A stretch of 64,000 bases of DNA from Octopus sinensis (Eukaryota). The number at the start of each line of letters is the position of its first letter. Position 1 is the first letter of the stretch. Under the pieces are notes generated by a model. It was not told where the DNA came from. It searched no databases and saw nothing but the letters and a program-made list of their open reading frames with translations. Below are positions 24,471-37,714 of this stretch, piece by piece. Location of the stretch: contig NC_043014.1 in NCBI RefSeq assembly GCF_006345805.1, positions 34,472,001 through 34,536,000 on the forward strand. The letters run 5' to 3'. Position numbers and translations under genes: made by a program.

Positions 24471-24602
24471 AATTACCGAAGTTATTCTTGTTGCTTATTT
24501 TGATTATAATCACCCCATGGATTTATATGGATAACACCATTCAAAATTCTGGTGCATCTAACTTAAGTACCATATTCATTTGAATCTAAATTTTGCTGAA
24601 CT

Positions 24603-24652
<50 letters not shown>

Positions 24653-25052
24653 CGCATACACATACACATACCATGCATACACAGATGTGCACACATATCA
24701 TCATCATTTATCGTCCACCTTCCATTTATGCATGGGTAGGATGGTTAGGTGCCGGCCAGGTAGAAGACTACCCCAGGCTACAGTGTCTATTTTGGCAAGG
24801 TCTTTATGGCTGGATGCCCTTCCTACCACCAACCACTCTGCTGAGTGAACTGAGTGCTTTTTTCATGGTACCAGAACTGGCAGGGCCACCAAGTAACTTG
24901 CAAGACAAGGAATTTTGAGAGGGTAGGGGGCATTGGAGGAGAGGGTCTTGTATCAAATGATGGAGTACGACAGAGAGACTGATCAGCAGAAACAGGTGTG
25001 CTGATGTAAAGGAGATACTTGCAAACCTAGCCAGAGGGAAAAGCAGGAGAAG

Positions 25053-25094
<42 letters not shown>

Positions 25095-25739
25095 GAGAGA
25101 GTGATCAAGAATGAGGTCAGAAACAGGTCTGCTGCTGTAGAGAAGATACATGGCTACCCAACCAGAAGGAAGAGCAAGGGAAGGAGAGAGAGTGGGAAAC
25201 AACAAAAGTGCAAGAGAGAGCAGGAGAGAGATGGTGCTAGAGTGCCAGGGTAGCAAGGATCAGACAATAGATAGGATGGAAGAGAGAGATAAATGGTGAC
25301 AATTGTCAGGGCATGCCCTCAAGATACGGAGGTCATAATGTACGTGGCCTTGCCAAGAAGGCATGAGCAGGGAGTAGGGATTGCAGTGACTGATGAAAAC
25401 CTGGGTATAAAAGGTGGGGGTAAAGAAAAGCAGCAATACAGTGAGGAGGGCAGAGAAGGGGAGTGGGAGACAACCATAGTGTATGAAGTTTAATATGAGT
25501 ACAGAGCTGTAAGACCTATCTATAAATGCTCTAATATCTATACAGCCTTAAAAATTCTTTTATATATACATATATATATATACTCACATACACATACACA
25601 CACACATGCAGGCACACATGTGAGGAAGAGAAAAATGCAGTTTAGAAGAGATGTAGTTTGGTTTTTTGGGGTTGGATGTGCGAAAAGTTTATAGCTACAT
25701 GTGGTGGGACACAATGCTTGTAGCACTCAGTTTCACTGA

Positions 25740-26150
25740 TGTGCGTTGCTCTTTTCTAGAACCTCATATCACCAAGCATCTTGGCCCATTATAATTTCCT
25801 CCGTAGACCCCAACATCCTGAAGTTGGTGCTCAACACTTCTTCTCATGTCTTCCTAGGTTTCCCTCTTCCACAGGTCCTATCCACTTTCAGGGACAGGCA
25901 CTTCTGTATACATCTATCTAAACTCATATGCATCACATGTCCAACCCAATGCATTCTCCTCTCTTGCATGCCACATTTAATTCCTCTTATGCCTAACTTT
26001 TCTCTCAACACAGTTGTGCTTTGTTGGTCATGCTCACTAATGTTGCAAATCCAGTGGAGCATACTACCTTCATTCAGAGCCCATGTCTCACCACCATGGT
26101 GCATAGCCATTCATGCACAAGCATCATCAATTTACCTTTCACTTTTTGAA
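25740..26150 (-). mobile_element. RTE-clade LINE 3' fragment
   Basis: Peptide GETWAL...MLHWIC...LREKLGIRGIKCGMQERRMHWVGHVMHM...CGRGKPRKT matches the RTE ORF C-terminus. Confidence 0.8.
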
Positions 26151-26210
26151 AGAGAGTCCTTTTGTATTTGCCCAACCAAACATGCACACAAACATAACAC
26201 ATTAAAGCAT

Positions 26211-26274
<64 letters not shown>

Positions 26275-26648
26275 ATGTAGACATACATGCATAGATATAT
26301 AGATAGATAGATACATACATATATATATAGGAGTACTCCGTCAGTTATGATGACAAGGCTTCCAGCTGATACGTTCAATGGAACAGCTTGCTCGTGAAAT
26401 TAACAGGCAAATGGCTGAGCATTCCATAGACACGTGTACTCTTAACGTAGTTCTCGGGAGATTCAGCGCGACACAGAGTTGACAAGGCTGGCCCTTTTTG
26501 AAATACAAGTACTACTCATTTTTGCCAGCTGAGTGGACTGGAGCAATGTGAAATAAAGTGTCTTGCTCAAGGACACAACGCGTCGCCAGGAATCAAACTC
26601 ACAACCTTACGATCATGAACCGAATGCTCCAACTACTAAGCCATGTGC

Positions 26649-26724
<76 letters not shown>

Positions 26725-26731
<7 letters not shown>

Positions 26732-26935
26732 ATCCAAACATGAAAACACAAAGAGAAAACACAACAATGCTAGGATGTGGAACAAATATAGTATTATTGG
26801 ATGCTAAGGAAGGGAAGAAGGAGGGTTTAACGTTTCGAGCGGAGCTCTTTGTCACAAACATAGGAAAAGGAAAGATCCAGAGAAGAGAAGACAGAGGAAA
26901 AAAAATCGCCAACGGTACACACATGGTCACATTTT
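26725..26935 (-). mobile_element. Second copy of the ~205-bp Penelope-type repeat, degenerate hammerhead at 26825-26859
   Basis: Minus strand GTTT-GTGACAA-A-GAGC-TCC-GCTC-GAAAC-GTT-AAAC; flanks align to 48605-48810. Confidence 0.6.
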
Positions 26936-28371
26936 GAATGTATATATATCATTCCATCTCACAATACTAATGGCGTATAAAGAGAAAATTTCATATTGAT
27001 TGTGAGGTAATTTCTAAATTTTGAATAGACAAAATATCTAACAAACAATTTTTGAAGAAATTTGTGTACCATTTCCATTCTTTTTCCATTGTTATGGTTT
27101 GTTGAATAATTTCCCTTCTAACATGGTGTCTTTCTCTGCGCATCTCCTTCTTCATTCTTTTGTGTATGTTTGTTTGAGTGTTTATTGGTATGTTTATGAA
27201 TGCGTTAATGTGTTGATATGTTTGTGCGCATGTTTGGTCGTGCATATGATATAATGTGTGTGTGATTGATTTAACATTGAATCTTCACTGTGATTTTAGT
27301 TGTAAACAAACAATACAACTGATGACAGTGCAAAGAGCCTCAACATTACTATGTACACCACCAGCAATATTAACAACATCAACACCAGGAGGCACAATGG
27401 CCCAGTGGTTAGGGCAGTGGACTCGTGGCTGGAGGATCGCGGTTTCAATTCCCAGACTGGGTGTTGTGTGTGTTTATTGAGTGAAAACACCTAAAATTCC
27501 ATGAGGCTCCAGCAGGGGTGGGTGGCGACTCCTGTTGTACTCTTTCGCCCCAACTTTCTCTCACTCTTTCCTCCTGTTTCTCGTCCCCGACTTCCTACGC
27601 AACCGCTAAGCCTGGATGTGCATTCATCCATCCGTCGATGCTCTCGGTGTCGGGGGTTGACCTGCTTTCTCTTTTGCGGGTCTTACGAATAGCAAAGGAC
27701 CACGATTCGGACTTCTCCCACTGCGAGCTCTGGGATGAAGACCGCTTTGCTTGACAGCAACATCAACACCAGTGACAACAACATCATTACCACCACTACC
27801 AGCAAAAACAATATTAACAACAACAACAACAATAGCAGCAACAGAAGAAGAAACTTCAGTTCCCAATGACTAGGTTAACAGTATCAGGTTAACTGATACG
27901 GTTGTGGCAAAGGAGATACCATAGAAAGAAACAAATACTGAAGTGTCAGACTGACAGGCAAGTTTATGAAAGTATCCCAAAAAGGTCCATTTTAGCATAA
28001 AGAAGTGCTGAGCTCCAATTGTAGAAGGGGTAGACCCAGGATGATATGAGACAAAGTGGTGAGAAATGATCTTCGGATGCTGGGCCTCACTGAAGAAATG
28101 ACAAAGGACCAGATGTGGCAATTTGTTGTACCTGACAAGATGCATCAAGCTAAGTAAAATCACTGTATTCCACACATACAGGTTTATCCTTTCAGGTGCC
28201 ACATATAAAGCACCTGTGCATAAATGCACCTGTGCAGATGCTGTGTGAATGCACCCATGCTGGTTGCATGAAATAAGCACCCAGCACACTCTGTTCAGTG
28301 GTTGGCATTAGGGAGAGTATCCAACCATAGAAACTATACCAAAACAGACAACTGGAGAATGATGATGATGA

Positions 28372-28420
<49 letters not shown>

Positions 28421-28446
28421 TACTTTACGATCAAGGGCATCATATA

Positions 28447-28706
28447 TTCTTCAGTTGAATACATGAACTTTACAATCAAGGGCAGTCCAAATGATTGAAC
28501 ATATTTTAAAACCCACAGAGCAAAATATTTTCACTGATTCTGCTACTATTTCAGTTGAGTGCCTTTGATTGACTGCTCTTACAATCAAAGGCAGTCAACT
28601 GAAATAGTAGCAGAATCAGTGAAAATATTTTGCTCTGTGGGTTTTAAAATATGTTCAATCATTTGAAATGCCCTTGATTGTAAATTTCATGTATTTAGCT
28701 GAAGAA
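28447..28706. repeat. Near-perfect palindrome, ~125-bp arms, 10-nt loop
   Basis: 28447-28571 is the reverse complement of 28582-28706; loop ACTGCTCTTA. Confidence 0.9.
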
Positions 28707-29099
28707 AACGGTGATATAAAATACTTATTAATCAATTAAAGGAGTCATTAGAAATGGCCATCATGAATTGATACCTGTCCTTCAATTGTTAATTTATATT
28801 TTATTCACCTATCTCAGAACATGCCCAAATATACTTCCCAAATTCTGAAGTATATTATGGAATGTAAATTTAATAAAATGTACATATCTGAATAGCTCAA
28901 GAATGGATTATACACTCAGTTGGGTCAAATTGTCTGCACTTACTACATGAATATCATTCTGCCGGTACTTCTGTACCAAAGTTGATATTTACATAATATT
29001 GTTGTGTGTGTATATTATTCCAAACTACTGTGGTGCCTTAACTTAAGTACCTAATTCAACTGAATCTTATATATATATATATATATATATTTCATCAAA

Positions 29100-29525
29100 A
29101 TCAAAATCGAAATCGATCAACATCAATGGAAGTTGTAGCTGTGATACCAGTGCTGGTGGCACGTAAGAGAACCATCCAAACGTGGCCGTTGCCAGCGCGG
29201 CCCCAACTGGCCTCCGTGCCGGTGACACGTAAAAAGCACCATCCGATCGTGGCTGTTTGCCAGCCTCGCCTGCCCTCCGTGCCAGTGGCACGTAAAAAGC
29301 ACCATCCGATCGTGGCCGTTTGCCAGCCTCGTCTGGCACCTGTGCCGGTGTCACGTAAAAAGGACCCACTATATTCACGGAGTGGTTGGCGTTAGGAAGG
29401 GCATCCAGCCGTAGAAACATTGCCAGATCAGACTGGGCCTGGTGCAGCCTTCTGGCTTCCCAGACCCCAGTTGAACTGTCCAACCCATGCTAGCATGGAA
29501 AGCGGACGCTAAACGATGATGATGA
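29100..29525 (+). mobile_element. Family-E element: ~60-bp internal tandem units and an RTE-type 3' end with (GAT)n tail
   Basis: Units of GTGCC.GTGGCACGTAAAAAGCACCATCCGA.CGTGGCCGTT.GCCAGCC, then GGTTGGCGTTAGGAAGGGCATCCAG...CCAACCCATGCTAGCATGGAAAGCGGACG.TAAACGATGATG. Other copies at about 15850-16100, 17335-17830, 28190-28375, 54500-54650 (+) and 24700-24900, 36235-36345, 42385-42720, 50720-51065 (-). Confidence 0.75.
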
Positions 29526-30974
29526 AATAATAAATATAACATTAAAAAATTTTATTCAAAAACTACTTGTTGGAATTCAATGAAATCTTCACAGAATGAT
29601 GGCAACTGTTATATGTATGCCATGTGTAAAAACGTGAGGTTCCATAAAACAACATAGAAACTATGACAGTGTCCCAAATTTACATAAACTTTCACTGTTT
29701 CAAATTATTAGCGAGGTGTAATTAAAATTCCTGCAAACAAGAAAATACCATTTGAATTGTTTGATGTACATACTACTGAAATAAACACATACAGTCACAA
29801 ACATGGAAGAAACAGAATTAAACAAATAAACAACATACAAAAATGATAGGTGAGTTGGTTAGTAAGGGATAAATGAGTGTTTGTTTGAAATAAGTTGGAA
29901 AAGGTGCTGCTCTATGGAACATGTAAATTTCTGAATTTCCTGATGTTATACCACAGGATACATCCATTATTGCCTGCCACGGTTCGTCCTTGCTCCAAAA
30001 TATTACACTGCTTGGAAACACATAAAAATTGGTGATATGATGGCATCCAGTTGTAGATTATCTACCTCAACAAACTCCATTTGAACTTAATAAACATGAA
30101 AAATTGGACATGAAGATGATGATGATGATAATTGGGTTGGACACTTCATTATGTAACGATGACTAAGTTGTTTTCTCAAAACATTTTAGTGTATATATTT
30201 TCGTCAATGAGGTTGTTTAAGCTCTTGTCATATTTCACATTTCACAGTTTATATTGTAATTGATAACAATTACGTGAGAAAGACTGAAATATTAATTATA
30301 CTAACACAAATTCCTGACGTTCACACAACTGCAACCGTTGCCTATTTGATAGTACATACCTATAAATAACCATGACTCATCACATACACACACACACATG
30401 TACTCATTCATACACCAAAACATATACAGAAATATATACACACAAACACACACTCATAGACATGTGGATGTAATTACTCACATGGGTGTGTGGTAAGAAG
30501 CTTGTTTCCCAAACACATGGTTCTGGGTTCAGTCCTACTGCGTGACACCTTGGGAAAGTGTCTTATACTATTGCCTTGGGCTGATGAAAACCTTGTGAGT
30601 GGATTTGGTAGACAAAACTGAAAGAAGCCCTTATATGTGTGTGTGTGTGTGTGTGCTCGCACATGTGTGTGATTTGTGTCTGTGTTTGTTCCCCTATCAC
30701 CACTTGATAAACCACTGTTGTTGTGTTTACGTCCCTGTAACTTGGTAGTTCAGCAAAATTGACCAATAGAATAAGTGCTAGGCTTAAAAATGTCCTGGGG
30801 TTGATTTGTTCGGCTACAACCCTTCAAGGTGGTGCTCCAGCAGGGCCACAGTCAAATGACTGAAACAGGTAAAAAAATAAAAGAATAAAGACATAAACAC
30901 ATGTATGCACAAACACACACATGCAAGCACACACACATACATGTACACATACAAACACACATATACATATACAT

Positions 30975-31010
<36 letters not shown>

Positions 31011-31208
31011 GCAGCATGGAATTTTGTCAGTAAACAGGTTGTGGTTTCAAAGCGACGAAAATATTTTGACAAATAAATTTAAATGTTGAAGTGAATTGAA
31101 TGGTTTTTGTGTTTTTAAATGGCTTAAAAACACCTTCCACTCTGCAATTGTTTTCATTTCAGCACATGACCTCAGATCAAGTCACTTGCTATGCAAGTAC
31201 ATCTCTGT

Positions 31209-31249
<41 letters not shown>

Positions 31250-31604
31250 CAAGTAGAGATACTCTGCCTTGCTAGGGATTAAAATGGCATAGTCTTTTTA
31301 TTGTTTTATTTGTTTCAGTCATGTGACTATGGCCATACTGGAGCACCGCCTTTGGTTGAACAAATCGACCACAGGATTTATTCTTTGTAAACCTAGTACT
31401 TATTCTATCAGTGTCTTTTACTGAACCGCCAAGTTATGGGAATGTAAACACAGCAACATCGGTTGTCAAGCAATGGTGGGGGTACAAACAGACACACACA
31501 CACACACACAAACAAATATACACATATATATTACAGTCTTCTTTCAGTTTCAGTGTACGAAATCCACTCACAAGGCTTTGGTCAGCCTCAGGCTATAATA
31601 CATA

Positions 31605-31660
<56 letters not shown>

Positions 31661-31700
31661 AATGTATATACATATAAACATGTATACATATATCTATATC

Positions 31701-31759
<59 letters not shown>

Positions 31760-31799
31760 TATATATAACATATATATACATATATATATATATATATAT

Positions 31800-31995
31800 C
31801 ATCCATCATTTTGAATCCAGGTTTTGTTCCCGTAAACGGGGGTGGCCGGATCTACCTCAATGTTATAGCAACCACCCTCACACCATCTCGCCATCTTTCC
31901 CGGTTTTGGGCATCCTCCCTTCCCAAGCCGACCCTCCCAATCTTCTCCACCTGTTCCTTCCACATTTTCCTCAGTCTGCCTCACTTTCACCATCC
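31800..31995 (-). mobile_element. RTE-like LINE 3' end
   Basis: Minus strand EDAQNRERWRDGVR then GTAGATCCGGCCACCCCCGTTTACGGGAACAAAACCTGGATT and a GAT tail. Confidence 0.6.
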
Positions 31996-32270
31996 ATTGA
32001 ACCCTTTTCGAGCCTACTGCTCCCTATAAAAACCTAGCTTTTTCCTCATTATATTCTTTGGTTCAAGACCGTTTAGGGTCTAGCCCTGACCACACAAGAC
32101 ACTGCCAGTTCCATTGACAACACCACAGCAGCCACATTCAGTGTCACAGCCACAAGTTCACATACAGCATGTACCTGTAACTGGCTCCACATCATGGCCA
32201 TGACTCCGTGATACAGTATTTCAACTGCTGTGTACAATTGACTACGAACTGTATTATATATATACACATG

Positions 32271-32316
<46 letters not shown>

Positions 32317-33465
32317 TGCTTCTTTATTCTGTTACTTGTTTCAGACATTTGAGTGTGGTCATGCTGGAGTACCACCTTTTAGTTGAAGAAATCAACATCT
32401 GGACTTATTCTTTGTAAGCCTGGTGCTTATTCTATTGATATCTTCTGCTAAACTGCTAAGCTATGGGAACGTATATATATAGGACACACTTCTTTCAGTT
32501 TCTGTCAACCAAATCCATTGACATGGCTTTGGTCAGCTGAAGGCTATAGCAGAATGCTTATTTTGTGCTTTTATTAAACCTCCAAATGTGTCAGATCATT
32601 TTTGTCCACCCTGTACTATGCATTATACACGAGAGATATGTCTTTACTAAGAGTTTGTTATTGAGAATCAGAGCTGCATTTTATAACTGAATAAATCACA
32701 TTATGTTAATTTATTCAGATCTGCTTGCATGTTTGCTAACACCAACTGTTGTCATAGCAGGACATGCAGATGTTGCACAACCATAAAGGATTGGACCAAC
32801 TTTATTCATTTACGTTATAACACTTTTGATACCATTTAATGTTTTCGTGTCCAATACTATAATACAATAAACTAAGTATTCTGCTGTTTTTTTCCATTGT
32901 TGTTTCCTTTGCATGCCCAAGCATGTTTCTGATTGGCTCTTATGCTTTATTCATTGTCTTCTGGTGTTACTCTAATGAGTAAAGACTATGTGTCATCTAC
33001 TTGAAGCAATGATATTGAAGATTTTGCTAAGCTTACTTAAATTGATTGAGCTTTCTAAGGAGCTGAGATTCGAAACTGTGTCGGCTCAGTAATGAGAAAT
33101 ATGTCACAGTGTACTAGGTGACATGCCCTGAATTCTAACCAATATTATTTCATCTGTAATTGTATGATCAATAAAATTTTCCATGAGTTTCCTTCCAAGA
33201 CATGGCTATAAATTGAGATGTGTACCATCAAGCCAGCGAGTAGAGAGGGGGCAATAGAGATCTGTGAGAAGATGGGATCCTTGGTGGTGACTCTGTGTTA
33301 AAAAGAATCATCTGTTTACAATGAGCACAGAATTTTCCAAGCTCTCACAACATGAAGATATAGCTACCGTTACTAGTAGTCATATCTCTAGTGATAAACG
33401 CTTATCTAGATACTTCTGACATACAGTTCAATCTTGGCAAAAACTTCTTTATATTTAATGTAAAT

Positions 33466-33697
33466 CAATGGTTCTCAACAATTTTCTACTTATGGACCCC
33501 TCTGATTCCTGTTTTACTCAACTGGACCCTCATAACCATTTGATATCTAAAAGATCCTATTATATGTTTATAATTAAATATTATCTGGAATTATATAAAA
33601 GAATTGTTAAAATATTTTATGCATTGTAGAAATATAACCCATTTATTGCACATAATTTTTAACAAAATCTTATATGGCCCCAAGTTGAAAACCCCTG
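33466..33697. mobile_element. hAT-type MITE (same family as 1995-2248)
   Basis: TIR CAATGGTTCTCAAC / GTTGAAAACCCCTG; perfect 8-bp TSD ATGTAAAT (33458-33465, 33698-33705). Confidence 0.8.
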
Positions 33698-33862
33698 ATG
33701 TAAATAAATGGTTTCATCAAAGATATTAAATGAACTTGGTTTTAATATGGGTCACAACAGGCAGCCAAAATCAGCCCTACTAATTATTCAACATACATTT
33801 AATCAAATTTCCACAAGACTAAAACCTCTATAGTGTAGACTCTATATATATGTGCATTCGAA

Positions 33863-34560
33863 TGTAGCAGGCACCAACTGGCCTTCGGCCACTGTTTCTA
33901 TCCCATTGTATCCACTACTCTGATTGGTTTGAATTGGTGCAATTTGTCTCCTCCTCTGTTGTGCCAACTGACCGCAGATAGCCAGTCAGAAACGTTAGAT
34001 AGCATCATGTGAACAAGCTTTTTTGAACCCTTTTCGAGCCTACTGCTCCCTATAAAAACCTAGCTTTTTCCTCATTATATTCTTTGGTTCAAGACCGTTT
34101 AGGATCTAGCCCTGACCACACAAGACACAGCCAATTCCAGTGACAACACCACAGCAGCCACATTCAGCATCACAGCCACAACTTCACATACATCATGTAC
34201 CTGTAACTGGCTCCACATCATGGCCACGACACCTTGATACAGTATTTCAACTGCTGTGTACAATTGACTACGAACTGGTATTCTCATCCTTGTGTCTATG
34301 AACTTCTCACTTTGATGGCTATAGACTCTTTCGCTATCTTCCTCTTCATTACCCTTCTTAAATGTACTTAACACACGCATACATCTATGCTTACACACTC
34401 ACATACATTTTGTTCTCATGACAGCCTGTCTATTATCCTGTATACATGATGCACACACAAACACACATGTTAACATATCAATAAACCTCCCCTTAATCAT
34501 TCTATGCAGTTGTGTCTCTCTTTTACCCTCTGGCACTTATATGTATTATTCAATTTATAT
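33863..34560 (+). mobile_element. Candidate solo-LTR-like element; ~250-bp partial copy at 31997-32250
   Basis: Begins TGTAG; contains ATTGG, CTATAAAA and AATAAA in LTR order; 34024-34277 duplicates 31997-32250. No TSD or CA end established. Confidence 0.35.
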
Positions 34561-35959
34561 ATTTTGTAAGGGCTGTGTGATGTACTAAGGAGCCATTCTT
34601 GTCACCTCACATTGCATGCTCTTTACACCTCTACAACTTCAGTAGCATTAGAGTAAGATCTCTACAACTCTAGAGAGATACTTATTTTCCTGCTGTCTTT
34701 CAATGACAAGGATTGTAAATAATAGCATATTAGATCATTCCTCTCATAATATATCATTGATATCACAAAGATTCATAGTAGATGTCACTTTTGCATTGTT
34801 ACACATGTAGAAACTAAAACTTCATCCCAAACAAAGTAAATAATTATGTTATATGGTAGCATTTCATAGTGTATAAACTTATTGCAAAGATTTTCAAATT
34901 CACTTACTAAACAAAAACAAGTAAAAAAAAAATGAAAAATGAAAAACGAAAATCACTATTTCAAAAAAGGGAAGTAGGGACTGAACTTTCACTTTTTCTA
35001 GGAAGTATATAAATTGCATATTATTTAAAAATTCACTCTTAAGTAGTGCTTTAAAACACTGTAAAGTGTTTAAAACACTTTATACATGTAAGAAGTATAA
35101 ATAGCTTTTTAAAATTTCCATTTACTCAAGTCAATATTACCTTCATTGAATAATATGTTCATGGTGGATTAAGTTATAATCCTTAAAAAACATCTGCACA
35201 ACTGTCTTATTATGTTGAAACTCCCTTCGGTCATGACTGACCGTGGGTTTGCACAAGTTACCTTCCCAGGCACAAGTCCAGGCAAAGTTGTTTATGGAAG
35301 ACTAGCAGTCACCCATGCATACCGGCCTCCCCTCTCCACACCACCAGTGTTATCCAAGGGAGAGGCAACAGCAGATACAGCTTGGCACCAGTGATGTCGC
35401 AACTCATTTCTACAGCTGAGTGAACTGGAGCAACGTGAAATAAAGTGTCTTGCTCAAGAACACAACACGCAGCCCGGTCCGGGATTCGAACTCACAACCT
35501 CACAATCATAAGCTCGACGCTCTAACCACTGAGCCATGTGCCTTCACGTCTTATTATGTACACTATTTTATTTCAGGTGAGACATTTTGTTTAAAATGCT
35601 GACTTCTTAAATCTGTCCTGCAGTTTCTCAAGGAAAGAATGTGATTCATTGTCTTTTTTTTTTAAAAGACAAAATATGTGAAATTGAGAAAAAAATGGCA
35701 GAACAGCCTGATGAAATAGTAAATATATCTTTAATGTTGTATTTGAAAAGTGCTTTTAAATAAATAAACCTGGGGTCTAAGCATTACTATAGAGTATGAA
35801 GAAAGAAAAAAACCTTGGAGGGCATTAAAAAGTAGAACCATATTAATTGTCACTTCTAGGCTCAACCATCATTTTGACATTTTCTCAACATTTCTTCTCA
35901 GTATTCAATATCACAAAAGCAATAAAAACTTTTCCAACTGCTCTTTTGTTTTGTACTCT

Positions 35960-36236
35960 TTATCATCATCATCCTCATCATCGTCGTCGTTGTCGTCATC
36001 GTCGTCGTCGTCGTCATCATCACCATCGTCATCATCACCATCATCATCATCATCATCATCACCACCACCACCATCATCATCATCATCGTCGTCGTCGTCG
36101 TCGTCATCATCATAGTCGTCATCACCACCATCATATCATCATCATTATCATCATCACCATCATCATCACCACCACCACCACCACCACCACCATCATCATC
36201 ATTGTCGTCGTCGTTGTCATCGTTGTCGTCATTATT
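35960..36236. repeat. Mosaic (CAT/CGT/CAC)n trinucleotide tract
   Basis: Expanded tail of a minus-strand family-E element. Confidence 0.9.
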
Positions 36237-37378
36237 TAACATCTGCTTTCCATGCTGGCATGGGTTAGATGGTCTGGCATAGAGCTGGCCAGCTGAGAAC
36301 TGTCCAGACTCCAATTGTCTGTTGTGGCATGGTTTCTATGGCTGGATGCTTTTCACTTAACAGTTTTCTCAAGAAAATTAAACTGATCAATCAATGTTTC
36401 TGGATCTTCTAACATTTAAACCACATATATTCCTTATGTCTTGTCCAAGCAAAAGAAGTTATATTACATACTTAACAAAGGTGGTCAGCTCACAAAATTG
36501 TTTCCATGTCAGGTAAAATGTTTAGCAGCATTTCATTTGTCTTTACATTCTGAGTTCAAATTCCACAGAGGCTGACTTTGTCTTTCATTCTTTCAGGCTC
36601 AAGGAAATAAGAACCAGTTGAGCATAGGGGTCACTGTAATTGATTTACCCTGTCCTCCTAAATTGCTGGCCTTGTGCCGAAATTTGAAACCAATATTATG
36701 TACTTAACAATGCAATTTGGTTGGTTATACATTATATCCTTGGAATGAATTTGAAAGACAGTCTGAATCATTAATTATAGAATGCAAGTTGTTCTCTGCA
36801 AAGGGATCACTGAAATATGATCAAATATCACAAAAAAGGAAGAATTTCTAAAATTCATAAAGTTTTAGTGAAATATGTGAATGCATGAAATTCCCACAAA
36901 ATGCTATAATTCAAGAAGTTTGACAATCCTGGCTTACAGATAAAATAATCAACAAACACGTGATATAACAAACACATATTATACAACGTTCACTTTCCAG
37001 ACATTTGTACATTACTGCATAAGCTTTATACACACTTTTGACAAGTTGTGGTGTACCTGAGCACTGTATACAATAATTTCATTATTATTATTATTATTAT
37101 GAGGATACACCTGTAAGAAAAAGATATTACAAAAGGAAAAAGGGGCTCTCTACCCGCCTTTTGACCAGACTCCCGTGGCTTTTATAGGTTTTTCCACCAG
37201 GAACCTTTCAAAGCACCTCCCCTATTGGGAGTTTTTTCATTCTAAAAAATTTTCGTTGTTATACTGTTTTTTACATGAATTTTCAAACAGACAAAACCCT
37301 TTGTAACTTTCGTCCTGTGTTTTGTCCCTTTATGTTATAATTAATTTTTGTGAGCCCTTGTGGCCAATAAAAGAATTA

Positions 37379-37409
<31 letters not shown>

Positions 37410-37683
37410 GTACATATAAATCAAACTTGTAATATTCATAGAAATGTTATTTATAATAAGGCACAACATTGGTATCAATCTTTACTCTTTTACTTGTTTC
37501 GGTCATTTGACTGTGGCCATGCTGGAGCACCGCCTTTAGTCGAGCACATCGACCCCAGGACTTATTCTTTGTACGCCTAGTACTTATTCTATCGGTCTCT
37601 TTTGCCGAATCGCTAAGTTACGGGGATGTAAACACACCAGCATCAGTTATCAAGCGATGTTGGGGGGACAAACACAGACACAA

Positions 37684-37714
<31 letters not shown>

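Noticed and set aside
24804-25493. 150-aa and 66-aa ORFs in a purine-rich segment
   Set aside because: Continuous with a family-E repeat end and a GA microsatellite; treated as repeat-derived, with no protein motif.
29140-29380. Repeat-spacer appearance of family-E units (CRISPR-like)
   Set aside because: The intervening parts are themselves homologous tandem sequence, the context is eukaryotic, and no cas genes are present.
33045-33090. GAAAC-TGT-GTC with upstream CTAAGGA (also a TTGAGGA...GAAAC motif near 43650-43680, minus)
   Set aside because: Core mutated and stem II does not pair; too degenerate to count as a hammerhead.
32251-34023. Interval between the 250-bp direct repeats as an LTR retrotransposon interior
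   Set aside because: No PBS, PPT, TSD or gag/pol remnants seen; it contains an unrelated SINE and a MITE.
35847-36314. Poly-His/Arg and poly-Asp/Met ORFs
   Set aside because: Trinucleotide tail expansion of a family-E repeat.
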